A stretch of 64,000 nt of DNA, taken from the NCBI GenBank assembly GCA_030648835.1, contig JAUSGT010000002.1:89665-153664 (forward strand), read 5' to 3'. Of this stretch, positions 1 through 8,972 are shown one piece after another. The notes under the pieces are model-generated. The model saw only the letters and a list, made by a program, of their open reading frames with translations. It was not told the DNA's origin and searched no databases. Origin of the DNA: Candidatus Moraniibacteriota bacterium. GTDB taxonomy: Bacteria > Patescibacteriota > Minisyncoccia > Moranbacterales > UBA1568. A program made the position numbers and the translations under genes. How positions within the stretch are numbered: the stretch's first letter is position 1; every line of letters starts with the position of its first letter.

Positions 1-312
1 AAAAAGAAGTATCAGACTTTGAGGCGGTAAGGGAGGAATCTGAGACGGAGATTTTGTAACTTTTTATAAAATGGATATTCAAGATCCCCTGAAAATTTTT
101 GTAATTTTTTTGAAAGTCGGTCTTAGTGGCCGACAGTTGAGTTGACGGTTATTTGATGTATTGGATGGCAAAGGTAGGAAGAACAAAAAGCAGCGCTATA
201 AAGCGTTTTTTGCTTATTTTTTCTGGAAAAAATAACAATTTGGCTGGCTTACTCAATATATTTTGGTACTTTGTTATTCTTAAGTGGAAGTTTTATTTTT
301 TAAAAAAGACAT

Positions 313-1164
313 ATGAAAAACACCACCAGATACAAGTTCCCATACTCAGACATTGAGTTGGCCGAGAAGATCAATAGCATATTGGAGGAATATGATGTTC
401 CTCTAACGTTGAGGCAGGTCTATTACCGGCTTGTGGCTCTTGGGCTGATGAATGCCCAGAAAGTGTACCAGAATCTCTCAGGGAAACTCTCGAGGCTTCG
501 AGAGCAGGGATTGGTTCTTTGGGAAAGGATTATTGACCTGAAGAGACAGCCTGAAAAGGAGCCATCGTGGACAAGTCCAGAGTCATTCTTTGAAACTGTC
601 AGCCAGTCGTACAAACGGGACTTACAGCAAGAACAGGCTAAGTATATTGAGGTTTGGTGCGAGAAAGCTGTCGCCATACGGCAGATCACTGATAAGTACG
701 ACGTGAGCCTACTGGCCGGAGGCGGCTATAGAAGCAGTTCAGCCCTCTACGAAGCCTCAAAACGCTTCAAGAATATTGGCAAGCCGATTGTCATACTATA
801 CCTAGGCGATTTTGATCCCTCTGGGTTGGATATTGAAAGAGACATAGAAACCCGTATGAGAGGAGTTTTTGACATCGAAGTAGATGTTCAAAGGGTCTTA
901 CTGGTTCTCCAGGACATAACTGACTACCAACTGTTGCCAAGCCCGGTAAAGCCTACGGATCCCAGGACAGCCGCGTATATAGCAAAATACGGCGTTACAG
1001 ATGTCTATGAGCTCGATGCCTTGCCGCCAAACGTTATAGCGGAGAAATTGGAAGAAGCTATTTGCAGAAATATGGACGTGGAGTTATACGAAACGCAATT
1101 GGCGAGACAGGAGCTGGACAATGCAGAAATCGACAAGTTCATAGAAAAAGGGAATATTTCTTAA
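313..1164 (+). CDS. Topo VI-A/Spo11-like 'Mini-A' protein (winged helix with putative catalytic Tyr + Toprim)
   Basis: 283-aa ORF. 'LRQVYYRLV' resembles the R-x-x-[FY]-Y catalytic-tyrosine motif of the Spo11/Topo VI-A 5Y-CAP domain. Downstream Toprim-like acidic motif 'LYLGDFDPSGLDIERD' (DxD). No fused or adjacent GHKL B-subunit. Confidence 0.55.
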   Translation: MKNTTRYKFPYSDIELAEKINSILEEYDVPLTLRQVYYRLVALGLMNAQKVYQNLSGKLSRLREQGLVLWERIIDLKRQPEKEPSWTSPESFFETVSQSYKRDLQQEQAKYIEVWCEKAVAIRQITDKYDVSLLAGGGYRSSSALYEASKRFKNIGKPIVILYLGDFDPSGLDIERDIETRMRGVFDIEVDVQRVLLVLQDITDYQLLPSPVKPTDPRTAAYIAKYGVTDVYELDALPPNVIAEKLEEAICRNMDVELYETQLARQELDNAEIDKFIEKGNIS

Positions 1165-1176
1165 AAAATCAATCTT

Positions 1177-1458
1177 ATGAAGCATTTTGAAATGTGTGAC
1201 GCGCCAATTTGTGCAGACAGAGAAGCGTACGAAAACAATCCCAACTGGCAGAAAACGGTGTCTTGGCATCCCGGTGAGGCGGTGTGCGGGATGAAGCCGT
1301 ATGCAAAATGGCAGAAACGACAAACAAAAATTAACCGTTGGCTGTTAGCTGGGAAGCTAAAATATCCCGAACTTTTCTTCACGGTGGAAACACTTTTACG
1401 AAAGAAATTGTTGTATCGAGGAATAAAGGGCGACAACCCGGATGCGGAGATAGGGTAA
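1177..1458 (+). CDS. small Cys-containing hypothetical protein
   Basis: 93-aa ORF 13 nt after the previous stop, same strand; several Cys/His (CDAPIC...C); no recognisable domain. Confidence 0.3.
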   Translation: MKHFEMCDAPICADREAYENNPNWQKTVSWHPGEAVCGMKPYAKWQKRQTKINRWLLAGKLKYPELFFTVETLLRKKLLYRGIKGDNPDAEIG

Positions 1459-1660
1459 TTTGAAGAAAAAGTGCCACAGATGGGGCTGTCACAGAAGATG
1501 TAATGAGTAAATGGTGCCAATCTATGCCAAGAAAATAAAAAGCCTCAAATAAGCCTTCGATAACTTTAGTAGGACTGAGCTATAGTGAAAGCATTCTGTT
1601 AAGAGTTTTTTTGGGGAAAATCCCGATTGGGAGACTTGATTATAGGAACACATAAAGTGA

Positions 1661-2488
1661 ATGTTAAAACGCACTGATACAAAAATAATTATCTCTGGCT
1701 CCATAGTTGAAGTCCATTCTTACGTGGGTGAGCCATTGTATTATGGCTTTACTGTTTTCCCCAATAGTAAAACAAGAAGAAAGATCGAGGTCATTGATGA
1801 AGAAAGCCTGCTCCGAAAATCAGAATCAAGGAAAAGATCAATGAGAAGAGCCGGGTCAAATATTAGAAAGCTTGTGAATTCCAATGCGTGGCGATGGAAA
1901 AATTCAATAGGGATACCATATGAACCAATATTTGTCACGCTTACATTTAAAGATGATGTTCGAGATGTAAGAAAAGCTAATGCAGAATTTACACATTTTA
2001 TACGTCGTTTGAACTATAAAGTCTCCGGCAAATCCAATAAGTTTATTTTTAAGTACATATCGGTAATTGAGTTTCAAGACCTCAACCGGGGTGGAGTAAT
2101 ACACTACCATACCGTCTTCTTTAATTTACCAACTGCTGTAGCAGATATTCTTTCACAGATTTGGGGGCATGGGTTTATTGATAAAAAGAAAATAGAAGAA
2201 ATTGACAATGTGGGTGCTTATATTTCCAAGAGCTTATCTTCAGCGCACGATGATAGCCGTTTGGATGGAAATAAGCATTATTTTTCAAGTAGTGGGTTGC
2301 TTCAGCCAATCGAAATAAGAGAACAGGGTAAAGCCCAGGCTATTAAAAAGCTTCTTTTAGGAGAAAATATTGCTAAAGTAGTAGATAATTCCGACAGATA
2401 TCAAGGAAGAGTGGAGCGTGTTTCCTACCAACTGAATAAAAGCGAGACATTATCTGATACTATCCCGGAAGTATATAACTTACCATGA
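1661..2488 (+). CDS. rolling-circle replication initiator (HUH endonuclease superfamily Rep)
   Basis: 275 aa; three Rep motifs in canonical order: motif I 'FVTLTF', motif II 'GGVIHYHTVFF' (H-u-H), motif III 'GAYISKS' (Y-x-x-K). Confidence 0.55.
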   Translation: MLKRTDTKIIISGSIVEVHSYVGEPLYYGFTVFPNSKTRRKIEVIDEESLLRKSESRKRSMRRAGSNIRKLVNSNAWRWKNSIGIPYEPIFVTLTFKDDVRDVRKANAEFTHFIRRLNYKVSGKSNKFIFKYISVIEFQDLNRGGVIHYHTVFFNLPTAVADILSQIWGHGFIDKKKIEEIDNVGAYISKSLSSAHDDSRLDGNKHYFSSSGLLQPIEIREQGKAQAIKKLLLGENIAKVVDNSDRYQGRVERVSYQLNKSETLSDTIPEVYNLP

Positions 2489-2510
2489 ACAATTTAATTT
2501 TTAGAAAATT

Positions 2511-3056
2511 ATGGGAAATAAATATCTAGTCGAAGAATGTTTCTTCTTAACGCCCAGAGATGTTGGGAGAAGGTTTGATCGTATTAGGAAGTTAGGAACC
2601 AATATTCTTGAAGGGCGGGATGATATTTCATACTGGTTTGATGATATGTCTGAGCCGACTTGTCTTTTTGTTAGCGTAGATGGTCACGAGCCACAGAAAT
2701 TTATTTGGGAGCCAGTTGAACTGACATTTGGTGAAGCAGCTTATTTTCATTGTGGATGCGGGTACAAAGCACGAAAGTTATACTTACTCCCAAGTGGTAA
2801 TGAATTCAAATGCCGAAAATGCCATAACTTACGTTACGCACTCTCAGTCCTGAATAGCAAATCTATTGCAGGCAGGGTCATCTATCGTGCGAACCGCCTC
2901 CATAAACTTGCAAACAGCCGAGCATGTATGGGTAGGATTTTTTATGATGGTAACTTTACAAAAAGGTTTGAGAGATTCCTTGGTCTTTGCGATAAAGCGG
3001 GTCTGGAGGACATAGTCAGGGGTGCAAACGCTTTAAAAGAGCTGGTTAGGGGGTAA
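2511..3056 (+). CDS. zinc-ribbon hypothetical protein
   Basis: 181 aa; 'CGCGYK...EFKCRKCHN' four-Cys ribbon; begins 23 nt after the Rep stop. Confidence 0.45.
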   Translation: MGNKYLVEECFFLTPRDVGRRFDRIRKLGTNILEGRDDISYWFDDMSEPTCLFVSVDGHEPQKFIWEPVELTFGEAAYFHCGCGYKARKLYLLPSGNEFKCRKCHNLRYALSVLNSKSIAGRVIYRANRLHKLANSRACMGRIFYDGNFTKRFERFLGLCDKAGLEDIVRGANALKELVRG

Positions 3057-3167
3057 GTATTTCAACGAAGTCAGAATATTTGCCTTCTCTATTTACAGAG
3101 GAAACGTCATAGCACAAAGTGTCTTGTAGGAGTAGTTTTATTTTAGTTGCTGCAGAAAAAGTTACTT

Positions 3168-3177
3168 TCTGTTATAA
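3168..3177 (+). promoter_or_regulatory. extended -10 promoter element (TGtTATAAT) upstream of MTase
   Basis: 'ctgTTATAAT' with TGn extension 9 nt upstream of ATG 3186; no good -35. Confidence 0.35.
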
Positions 3178-3185
3178 TACATCCT

Positions 3186-4220
3186 ATGGATTCAATATTG
3201 AGTACAATTGACCTCTTCGCTGGTATTGGCGGTATCCGCAAAGGCTTTGAAAGAGCTGGTTTTGAAACACTCTATGCGGCAGATATCGATGCGGGATGTA
3301 AGGTTACGTATGACTTAAACTATAAAAATACGCCACTCACTTTGCAGAGCGTGACGGATATTGTTCCGGAGACCCTTCCGAACTTTGGTGTATTGTTGGC
3401 TGGATTTCCCTGTCAATCCTTTTCTGTCGCTGGTGGCAAAGCAGGTTTTGCTGACAAAGGACGAGGGGATCTCTTTTTTGAAATAATGAAGGTGCTTGAA
3501 GTGAAAAAACCCGCTGCAGTATTTCTTGAGAATGTTAAACATTTAGCGAAACACGATCATGGTCGGACCTTCGTCATAATAAAGGAACTTCTTGAGCGCT
3601 GTGGCTACCATGTAAAATTTGCGATGATGAATAGTGCCGAATATGGCAATGTTCCACAAAATAGAGACCGCATATATATTGTGGGCTTTCGAGACATGAA
3701 TGTATCCAATGCATTTGAATTTCCATCAAAAAAGATTTTGGAGCATTCTATAACAGATTTGCTTGAGACTGATGTTCCAGAAAAATATTATTACAAAAAA
3801 GGTTGGCTTTATGACCGTATAAAAAGCTTGGGTATGAAGCGAGGGCTAATATATCAGTGGCGTAGAGTTTATCTGAGAGAAAATAAAAGTGGTGTTTGTT
3901 TCACCTTGACTGCAAACATGGGGATGGGTGGACACAACGTCCCACTTGTTCGAGATGCAAAAGGGTTGCGTCGCCTTACACCACGTGAGTGCGCTCATTT
4001 GCAAGGATTCCCTAAAGGTTTTAAATTGCCGACGTCTTTACCGGATTCTCGTTTATATAAACAGATTGGTAACTCTGTAACAATTTCTGTAGTGGAGCGT
4101 ATCGCTCGTAACATCCGTAAGGCATTGGAGACGCCTAAAAAATCATATCGAGTACGTGTTGAAAGGAGGGCATCCGTTGATCAACAGGTTACTAAATCAT
4201 TCGTTGAGCTGGTTACTTAG
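3186..4220 (+). CDS. DNA (cytosine-5)-methyltransferase
   Basis: Motif I 'DLFAGIGG', IV 'GFPCQSFSVAG', VI 'VFLENVKHL', VIII 'QNRDRIYIVG', X 'IGNSVTISV'. Start placed at ATG 3186 (MDSILSTIDLFAGIGG) because the longer ORF start at 3147 would include the promoter. Confidence 0.9.
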   Translation: MDSILSTIDLFAGIGGIRKGFERAGFETLYAADIDAGCKVTYDLNYKNTPLTLQSVTDIVPETLPNFGVLLAGFPCQSFSVAGGKAGFADKGRGDLFFEIMKVLEVKKPAAVFLENVKHLAKHDHGRTFVIIKELLERCGYHVKFAMMNSAEYGNVPQNRDRIYIVGFRDMNVSNAFEFPSKKILEHSITDLLETDVPEKYYYKKGWLYDRIKSLGMKRGLIYQWRRVYLRENKSGVCFTLTANMGMGGHNVPLVRDAKGLRRLTPRECAHLQGFPKGFKLPTSLPDSRLYKQIGNSVTISVVERIARNIRKALETPKKSYRVRVERRASVDQQVTKSFVELVT

Positions 4221-4286
4221 TTAAAATAGCGTAGCGCTCTATTACCTCTGATTCGGTGGTATTTTTTGTTTTTCAAAAAAGTAACT

Positions 4287-4321
4287 TGACAAAACGGTAG
4301 TAGGGGTATACTATTAGTAAT
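4287..4321 (+). promoter_or_regulatory. sigma70-like promoter for the GHKL operon
   Basis: 'TTGACAaaacggtagtaggggTATACT', -35/-10 with 15-16 nt spacer, ~10-40 nt upstream of the first ORF. Confidence 0.4.
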
Positions 4322-4327
4322 AGCGTT

Positions 4328-4579
4328 ATGCCCTTGCTAAGGGCGATATGTATAAAAATTATGAAGAACCAAAAACGTATTCGCTTTGAACGCCTAGCTG
4401 TATATCGTACTAACGAAGTCCTGAAGCGCCTTAAGGTGCTTGGAAACTGTGGTAATCGTAGTGCATACGAATACAGTGAAGAGGAAATAAATAAAATATT
4501 TGCTGAAATAGAACGGAATGTTAGAGATTCACGTGCGAAGTTCCATTTTCCGAAGGGTCGTAAAGAATTCCGTCTCTAA
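4328..4579 (+). CDS. small basic hypothetical protein (possible regulator); first gene of GHKL operon
   Basis: 83-aa ORF (alternative start MKNQK at 4361); stop is 2 nt before the next ATG. Confidence 0.4.
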   Translation: MPLLRAICIKIMKNQKRIRFERLAVYRTNEVLKRLKVLGNCGNRSAYEYSEEEINKIFAEIERNVRDSRAKFHFPKGRKEFRL

Positions 4580-4581
4580 AT

Positions 4582-6477
4582 ATGCTCAAAGCTCAAAAGA
4601 AAAAAAAGAGTGAAGTTGTATTAGGCTGGCACTTCCCAGCCCTTGATCATGCCGACACAGAGGGGCTAAATGATCCGCTTTTGGGATACTTTGGTGGCGA
4701 TTATAACCAATGTGTGGCAAGAGAAGTGATCCAGAACTCCATAGATGCACGGGACGACACGGAATGCCCAGTGTTTGTTAAATTTGAAAAATTAAAACTA
4801 CCCATAGCAGATGTCCCTGGTATTGCAGAATTGAAAGAGCATATAAAAATTTGTTTGGCTCAGGCCAAAAGCGAACACAACGACAAAGCGGAAAAGCACT
4901 ACAGGGATGCCCTAAAGATTGCCACGGCAACGTCCATTGATGTTCTCAGAGCTTCTGACTACAATACGTCAGGTTTGGACGGTGTCGACGACGATAAAAA
5001 AGGGAAATGGCACCGGCTTGTGAAGGCGGTTGGAGAGAATCAGCTTACAGGGGCGGGTGGTGGATCATACGGTATTGGAAAAGGAGCACCTTTTGTTGCT
5101 TCTATGATGAGAGCAGTCTATTACTCTACAAAAAACTCTTCTGGTGAGGTTATTTTTCAGGGAAAAGCACGGCTACTTAGCCATCAGTGGAAGGGTAGTG
5201 ATTATCGCGGAGTAGGGTCGTTTGGCATCGAGGGCTATAAGTCTGTAAGAGAGGAAGGTAAAATCCCAGAAATTTTTATACGAGACAAACAAGGAACGGA
5301 CATCAATATCATAGGGTACAATGTAACGCCGTCATGGAAGGACGAACTTGCAAAGTCAGTGCTGGATAATTTTTGGATGGCCATACATTCCAACGACCTG
5401 GAAGTTATCATAAGTGATGGGGCGGATGAAATCAGTATAAACCGAGCAACCCTACCAGAACTTTTAGAGAAACATAGCCGGGATGAGGGCCTCATATATT
5501 ACCGCACGGTTATCAATCCGACTCGTACGTTCAAGAAGCAACTTCCTTTGCTTGGAGCCTGCACTTTCTATGTGCGCATTGAGGAAAGATTTCCGAGGGA
5601 GACAATATATATGCGACGACCAAAAATGCGGGTGAGCAAATGGCGTTTTCCAAAGACCTTACATGAACCGCATGCCGGATTGTTCATTTGCGAGGATGTA
5701 GAGGGGAATAAACTACTACGAAACTTAGAGCCTCCTGAGCATGATGAATGGAAGGCTACTCTAGATCCTCTGCAGGGGAAAGAAATCATAGCAGCAGTAC
5801 GTTCATGGATTACGGGGAATTTGAAGGAGTTGGCGGCGGAGGAAAGCGACGACTCAGAAGAAGTCCCTGGATTGGAGAAGTTTCTGCCTTACGATGAAGA
5901 CTCTGAGAAGGAATCACTTGCCAACAAGAGCAGGAGCAAGCCGGCGGACTTCGCGGAATTAGAAGAAGGGCCGGTTGAAGTTGGAGCTGAACGTGAGGAA
6001 ACCGAGGACGAAGTTGAGGATCATGTAAGGAAACCTTCAAGCCTCACTCCATCGAGTGGCGATGATCCAAATTATCGTCATGGCAATGGGAGCAGGCGCC
6101 ACCGTAGAGGGGGAGGCGGAAACAACAACGTGGACCCTGATGGTGACGCCATTAAGCGCATTGATACGTCCGCAGTAAAATTCAGAATTATTCATACTGG
6201 GCGATCAGAGATGGGAAATGCTGAGTACTGTCTCGTTATTGAGCCTCTTGCCGATGTAGAAGGGGCTATAGATGTTGTAGCTCTTGGGAACGACTCTACA
6301 GTGTACCCGATTCCACTTGCATATGCCGAACCTTGGGATAAAGAATCGGGTTCCTTCAGTATCGAAAAATCTTATATCAATGGACTGAAGCTTAAGAAGG
6401 GGAAAGAACTACGCATCAAGATTGGTACAATGTCGAAGTCTAGGTATGCCCTTGGTATAGAAAATTATGAAAGCTAA
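4582..6477 (+). CDS. GHKL-superfamily (Bergerat-fold) ATPase with acidic disordered C-terminal region
   Basis: 631 aa. N-box 'REVIQNSIDA' (E-x3-N-x2-D). G2 box 'GGGSYGIGKGAPF' (Hsp90/MORC/TopoVI-B-like GxxGxG). Long D/E-rich low-complexity stretch before a C-terminal ~130-aa domain. Confidence 0.7.
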   Translation: MLKAQKKKKSEVVLGWHFPALDHADTEGLNDPLLGYFGGDYNQCVAREVIQNSIDARDDTECPVFVKFEKLKLPIADVPGIAELKEHIKICLAQAKSEHNDKAEKHYRDALKIATATSIDVLRASDYNTSGLDGVDDDKKGKWHRLVKAVGENQLTGAGGGSYGIGKGAPFVASMMRAVYYSTKNSSGEVIFQGKARLLSHQWKGSDYRGVGSFGIEGYKSVREEGKIPEIFIRDKQGTDINIIGYNVTPSWKDELAKSVLDNFWMAIHSNDLEVIISDGADEISINRATLPELLEKHSRDEGLIYYRTVINPTRTFKKQLPLLGACTFYVRIEERFPRETIYMRRPKMRVSKWRFPKTLHEPHAGLFICEDVEGNKLLRNLEPPEHDEWKATLDPLQGKEIIAAVRSWITGNLKELAAEESDDSEEVPGLEKFLPYDEDSEKESLANKSRSKPADFAELEEGPVEVGAEREETEDEVEDHVRKPSSLTPSSGDDPNYRHGNGSRRHRRGGGGNNNVDPDGDAIKRIDTSAVKFRIIHTGRSEMGNAEYCLVIEPLADVEGAIDVVALGNDSTVYPIPLAYAEPWDKESGSFSIEKSYINGLKLKKGKELRIKIGTMSKSRYALGIENYES

Positions 6478-7297
6478 AAATATATCATATCCATATCCCG
6501 TCCTTGGTAACGATGACGATGTAGAAGGCAAGTTCGATGCTTCTTTTAAGCATATGCTCAAAAGAGACAATATCATTCTCAAGTCTCGCTTTTCGCTGAA
6601 GAATAAAACGCTTGAAAGACTTATCAGGGAAAAGAAGGCTGTCTACACTGTAGAAGTAGAATGCCCGAGCACGTTTTATAGGAAGCTTTTTTCTACCATT
6701 GAAACGGAAGCAGATTTTGTTTTGTCTTCGACTGTGGTACGAGAGCATGTTTCCGTAGGCTTCTTTATCCGTGCGACAGAAACCTTAGCCGAATACGAGA
6801 TAACCGGGTGTCATGCTGATTATGAAGGCTTTAAATTCGATGTAGGGCCTGGGGATGTATTGGCGCTTGGTGGTTACACATCTTTCATTGCGGAAAAGGA
6901 TTTTGACCCGATGCAACCGGCTGTTTCGTCTCTTATTGCTATTAAACAGGGAAATAAGGATGTAGGGCCAATGGAAATCGACTATTCGCAAGACAAGATA
7001 TTCATCAAACTTTCCCGCAAAGATCATAAGAACTACTCGCAAATAAAAGGGCAAGTAACTATTGCTGGCGTACTTCATTCATCTATAGTGTTGCCGGTCC
7101 TGGCGGACGCCATCCAGCTTGTTTTGTCTGAAGACGAAGAAACGCAGGAGAGACATTGGTTTCGCCGGCTTGAAGTAATTTTGCGACATCAGGGTCTCGA
7201 GGGAGAGGATCCGCTAATTAGTGCCCAGAAAGTTTTGCACGGTCCAATCGAGCGTTGCTTGTCTGGGCTTGTGGAAACCGCTGAGGCAGATGAATAA
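6467..7297 (+). CDS. hypothetical protein (GHKL operon gene 3)
   Basis: 276-aa ORF overlapping the GHKL stop by 11 nt; no recognisable motif. Confidence 0.5.
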   Translation: MKAKNISYPYPVLGNDDDVEGKFDASFKHMLKRDNIILKSRFSLKNKTLERLIREKKAVYTVEVECPSTFYRKLFSTIETEADFVLSSTVVREHVSVGFFIRATETLAEYEITGCHADYEGFKFDVGPGDVLALGGYTSFIAEKDFDPMQPAVSSLIAIKQGNKDVGPMEIDYSQDKIFIKLSRKDHKNYSQIKGQVTIAGVLHSSIVLPVLADAIQLVLSEDEETQERHWFRRLEVILRHQGLEGEDPLISAQKVLHGPIERCLSGLVETAEADE

Positions 7298-7305
7298 AAA
7301 TTATT

Positions 7306-8109
7306 ATGAACCAAAACATTTTCAAGCGGATGTATGTAGCAGAACTCCGGGACAAAGTGCGTAGTGGCGAGTCACTGTGTGATTACCTCAAAAGGGAAGT
7401 CGAATATCCTACAGATGCAGTAATTGAATCTACAATTAAGATAGACTCTGAGAAACTCAAATTGAAGTATCGCGGTACGGGAGAATCAGCAAGCAATGAT
7501 CTAGAAAATGCTATTACTTTGTACGAGGCCTTTCCGGGGCTAACTGAAACGCAAGCTTCTGACTCGAGGCTTTGGACGTATCTTACTCATGTCACTCTAC
7601 GAGATTACGTTTTCGCTCGATGGCCACTTGAGGGTAGTTGCGAACAGATAAAGAATGATAGTAGGAAACAAGCAATTGTCGCTGATTTCATATTAAGTCA
7701 TTGGTTTGCTTCCGGTGGTAGTGATCGCCTACTTCGCCGCAATGCTGCCGCTCGCTTATGGTGGCCAGTACATCTTACGCACGCACCCTGGCTACGTGAA
7801 CCAGAATTCTTTGCAGACCTAGGAGCAAGTGACCCATACCGCTTTACGAAAATATTACTTTCCATGGAAAGCATATATGCGGAGGTGCTTGAGCGTGGAT
7901 TAGGTCGTGATAATCGTATACTCATAACCGTGTTGGAATTTCTTGAGGTAAACAAGGGTATCAAACGTGATCAAATTCGTAGTTTCATGAAAGAACTGAA
8001 CCTGTTTCTTTCCGTTAGAAACCTTTCCTTACTTTCGAGAAAGGGTATGAAAGAAGCAATTTTCAGTGTTGGCGGTGGAGCCATAGCTGAAATGGGACTT
8101 GATTTGTAG
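7306..8109 (+). CDS. hypothetical protein (GHKL operon gene 4)
   Basis: 267-aa ORF 8 nt after the previous stop; Trp-rich 'LWWPVHLTHAPW'; no recognisable domain. Confidence 0.5.
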   Translation: MNQNIFKRMYVAELRDKVRSGESLCDYLKREVEYPTDAVIESTIKIDSEKLKLKYRGTGESASNDLENAITLYEAFPGLTETQASDSRLWTYLTHVTLRDYVFARWPLEGSCEQIKNDSRKQAIVADFILSHWFASGGSDRLLRRNAAARLWWPVHLTHAPWLREPEFFADLGASDPYRFTKILLSMESIYAEVLERGLGRDNRILITVLEFLEVNKGIKRDQIRSFMKELNLFLSVRNLSLLSRKGMKEAIFSVGGGAIAEMGLDL

Positions 8110-8120
8110 GGGGGAGACCT

Positions 8121-8642
8121 ATGGATTTTATATCTATTTATGTATCAGTTTCAAAACAGATATTAAATGACTATCAGTGGCTGGTCGGCATATTTTTCAC
8201 GGCCGGACTGTCATTGTTGGTATATTTTAGACTTCTTAGAATAAATAACTTTCTTGCATATTCCCAAAAATATCACGAGAACCTCAAATCATTTTTATTT
8301 CTTGAGAAGATCAATTATAAAAATGGAGAAATGGTCTATAGGGATTCAGGAGAAGATGTGGAAGAGCAGGACGCCCTAAATTTAACAGTCCTATATAATT
8401 TATTGTCTGAAGTCGGCCTGCTTTATAGAAGAGGGTTAATTAATCGGGATCTTGTATACCAGCACTTTGGGAATGTAGTCTACTCACTTTATACGCAGCA
8501 CAGAGATATCATTAGCCATATTCAAAGCCATACAAAAACAGATAATATTGAATTTTTATTTGAAGCTTTTAGCAAGAGAGGTGTGCGGTGTGATCGGATG
8601 AAGAAGTTGAGAAATTTTTTCTTTGGGAGAAAATCCAAATAG
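8121..8642 (+). CDS. hypothetical membrane-anchored protein (GHKL operon gene 5)
   Basis: 173 aa; N-terminal hydrophobic helix 'WLVGIFFTAGLSLLVYF'; 11 nt after the previous stop. Confidence 0.45.
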   Translation: MDFISIYVSVSKQILNDYQWLVGIFFTAGLSLLVYFRLLRINNFLAYSQKYHENLKSFLFLEKINYKNGEMVYRDSGEDVEEQDALNLTVLYNLLSEVGLLYRRGLINRDLVYQHFGNVVYSLYTQHRDIISHIQSHTKTDNIEFLFEAFSKRGVRCDRMKKLRNFFFGRKSK

Positions 8643-8838
8643 CTCACTATTTGATGATGATACATATGCCGGATCATGAGAAAAGGGCGGAGAAGCTGAA
8701 AGTGACGCATAGTTGATAAGTAGGTGAAACTGTTATATCCAGTGACAATTTGCTAATATGTGAATAAGCGCAACAATTGAATAGGAAAGTAGCCTAAAGT
8801 TGCCGGAGTTTTCTCCGGTAACCATGGTGAAAAATAAG

Positions 8839-8883
8839 TCTCGTCAGAGTAAAAAAACCGATCATTAGGTTTTGCTCTGACGA
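8839..8883. repeat. perfect 10-bp inverted repeat hairpin (ctcgtcagag / ctctgacgag) in intergenic region
   Basis: Seen directly; ~25-nt loop; no T-tract; between the GHKL operon and the pAgo module. Confidence 0.3.
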
Positions 8884-8972
8884 GCCATATCTGGAAACGG
8901 ATGTGGAGAGTGCAAACTCTCACCTAGTGGTCGGCTTTTTGTATTTCAAGTGAGCAATTAATCAAAATCATT

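Larger units (their letters stand above)
1..4220. mobile_element. putative plasmid/phage-derived segment (Mini-A topo VI-A-like protein, HUH Rep, Zn-ribbon protein, C5-MTase); left boundary lies outside window
   Basis: Co-occurrence of a rolling-circle Rep, a Topo VI-A-like Mini-A ORF and an orphan Dcm MTase; same strand, short spacers; no integrase or att site visible inside the window. Confidence 0.35.

Noticed and set aside
153-356. 67-aa ORF at the window start
   Set aside because: AT-rich, low-complexity translation overlapping the probable promoter region of the Mini-A gene; no support.
3147-3185. Upstream extension of the Dcm ORF (MLQKKLLSVIIHP)
   Set aside because: Would place the TGnTATAAT promoter element inside the CDS. 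Conserved MTase motif I begins right after the ATG at 3186.
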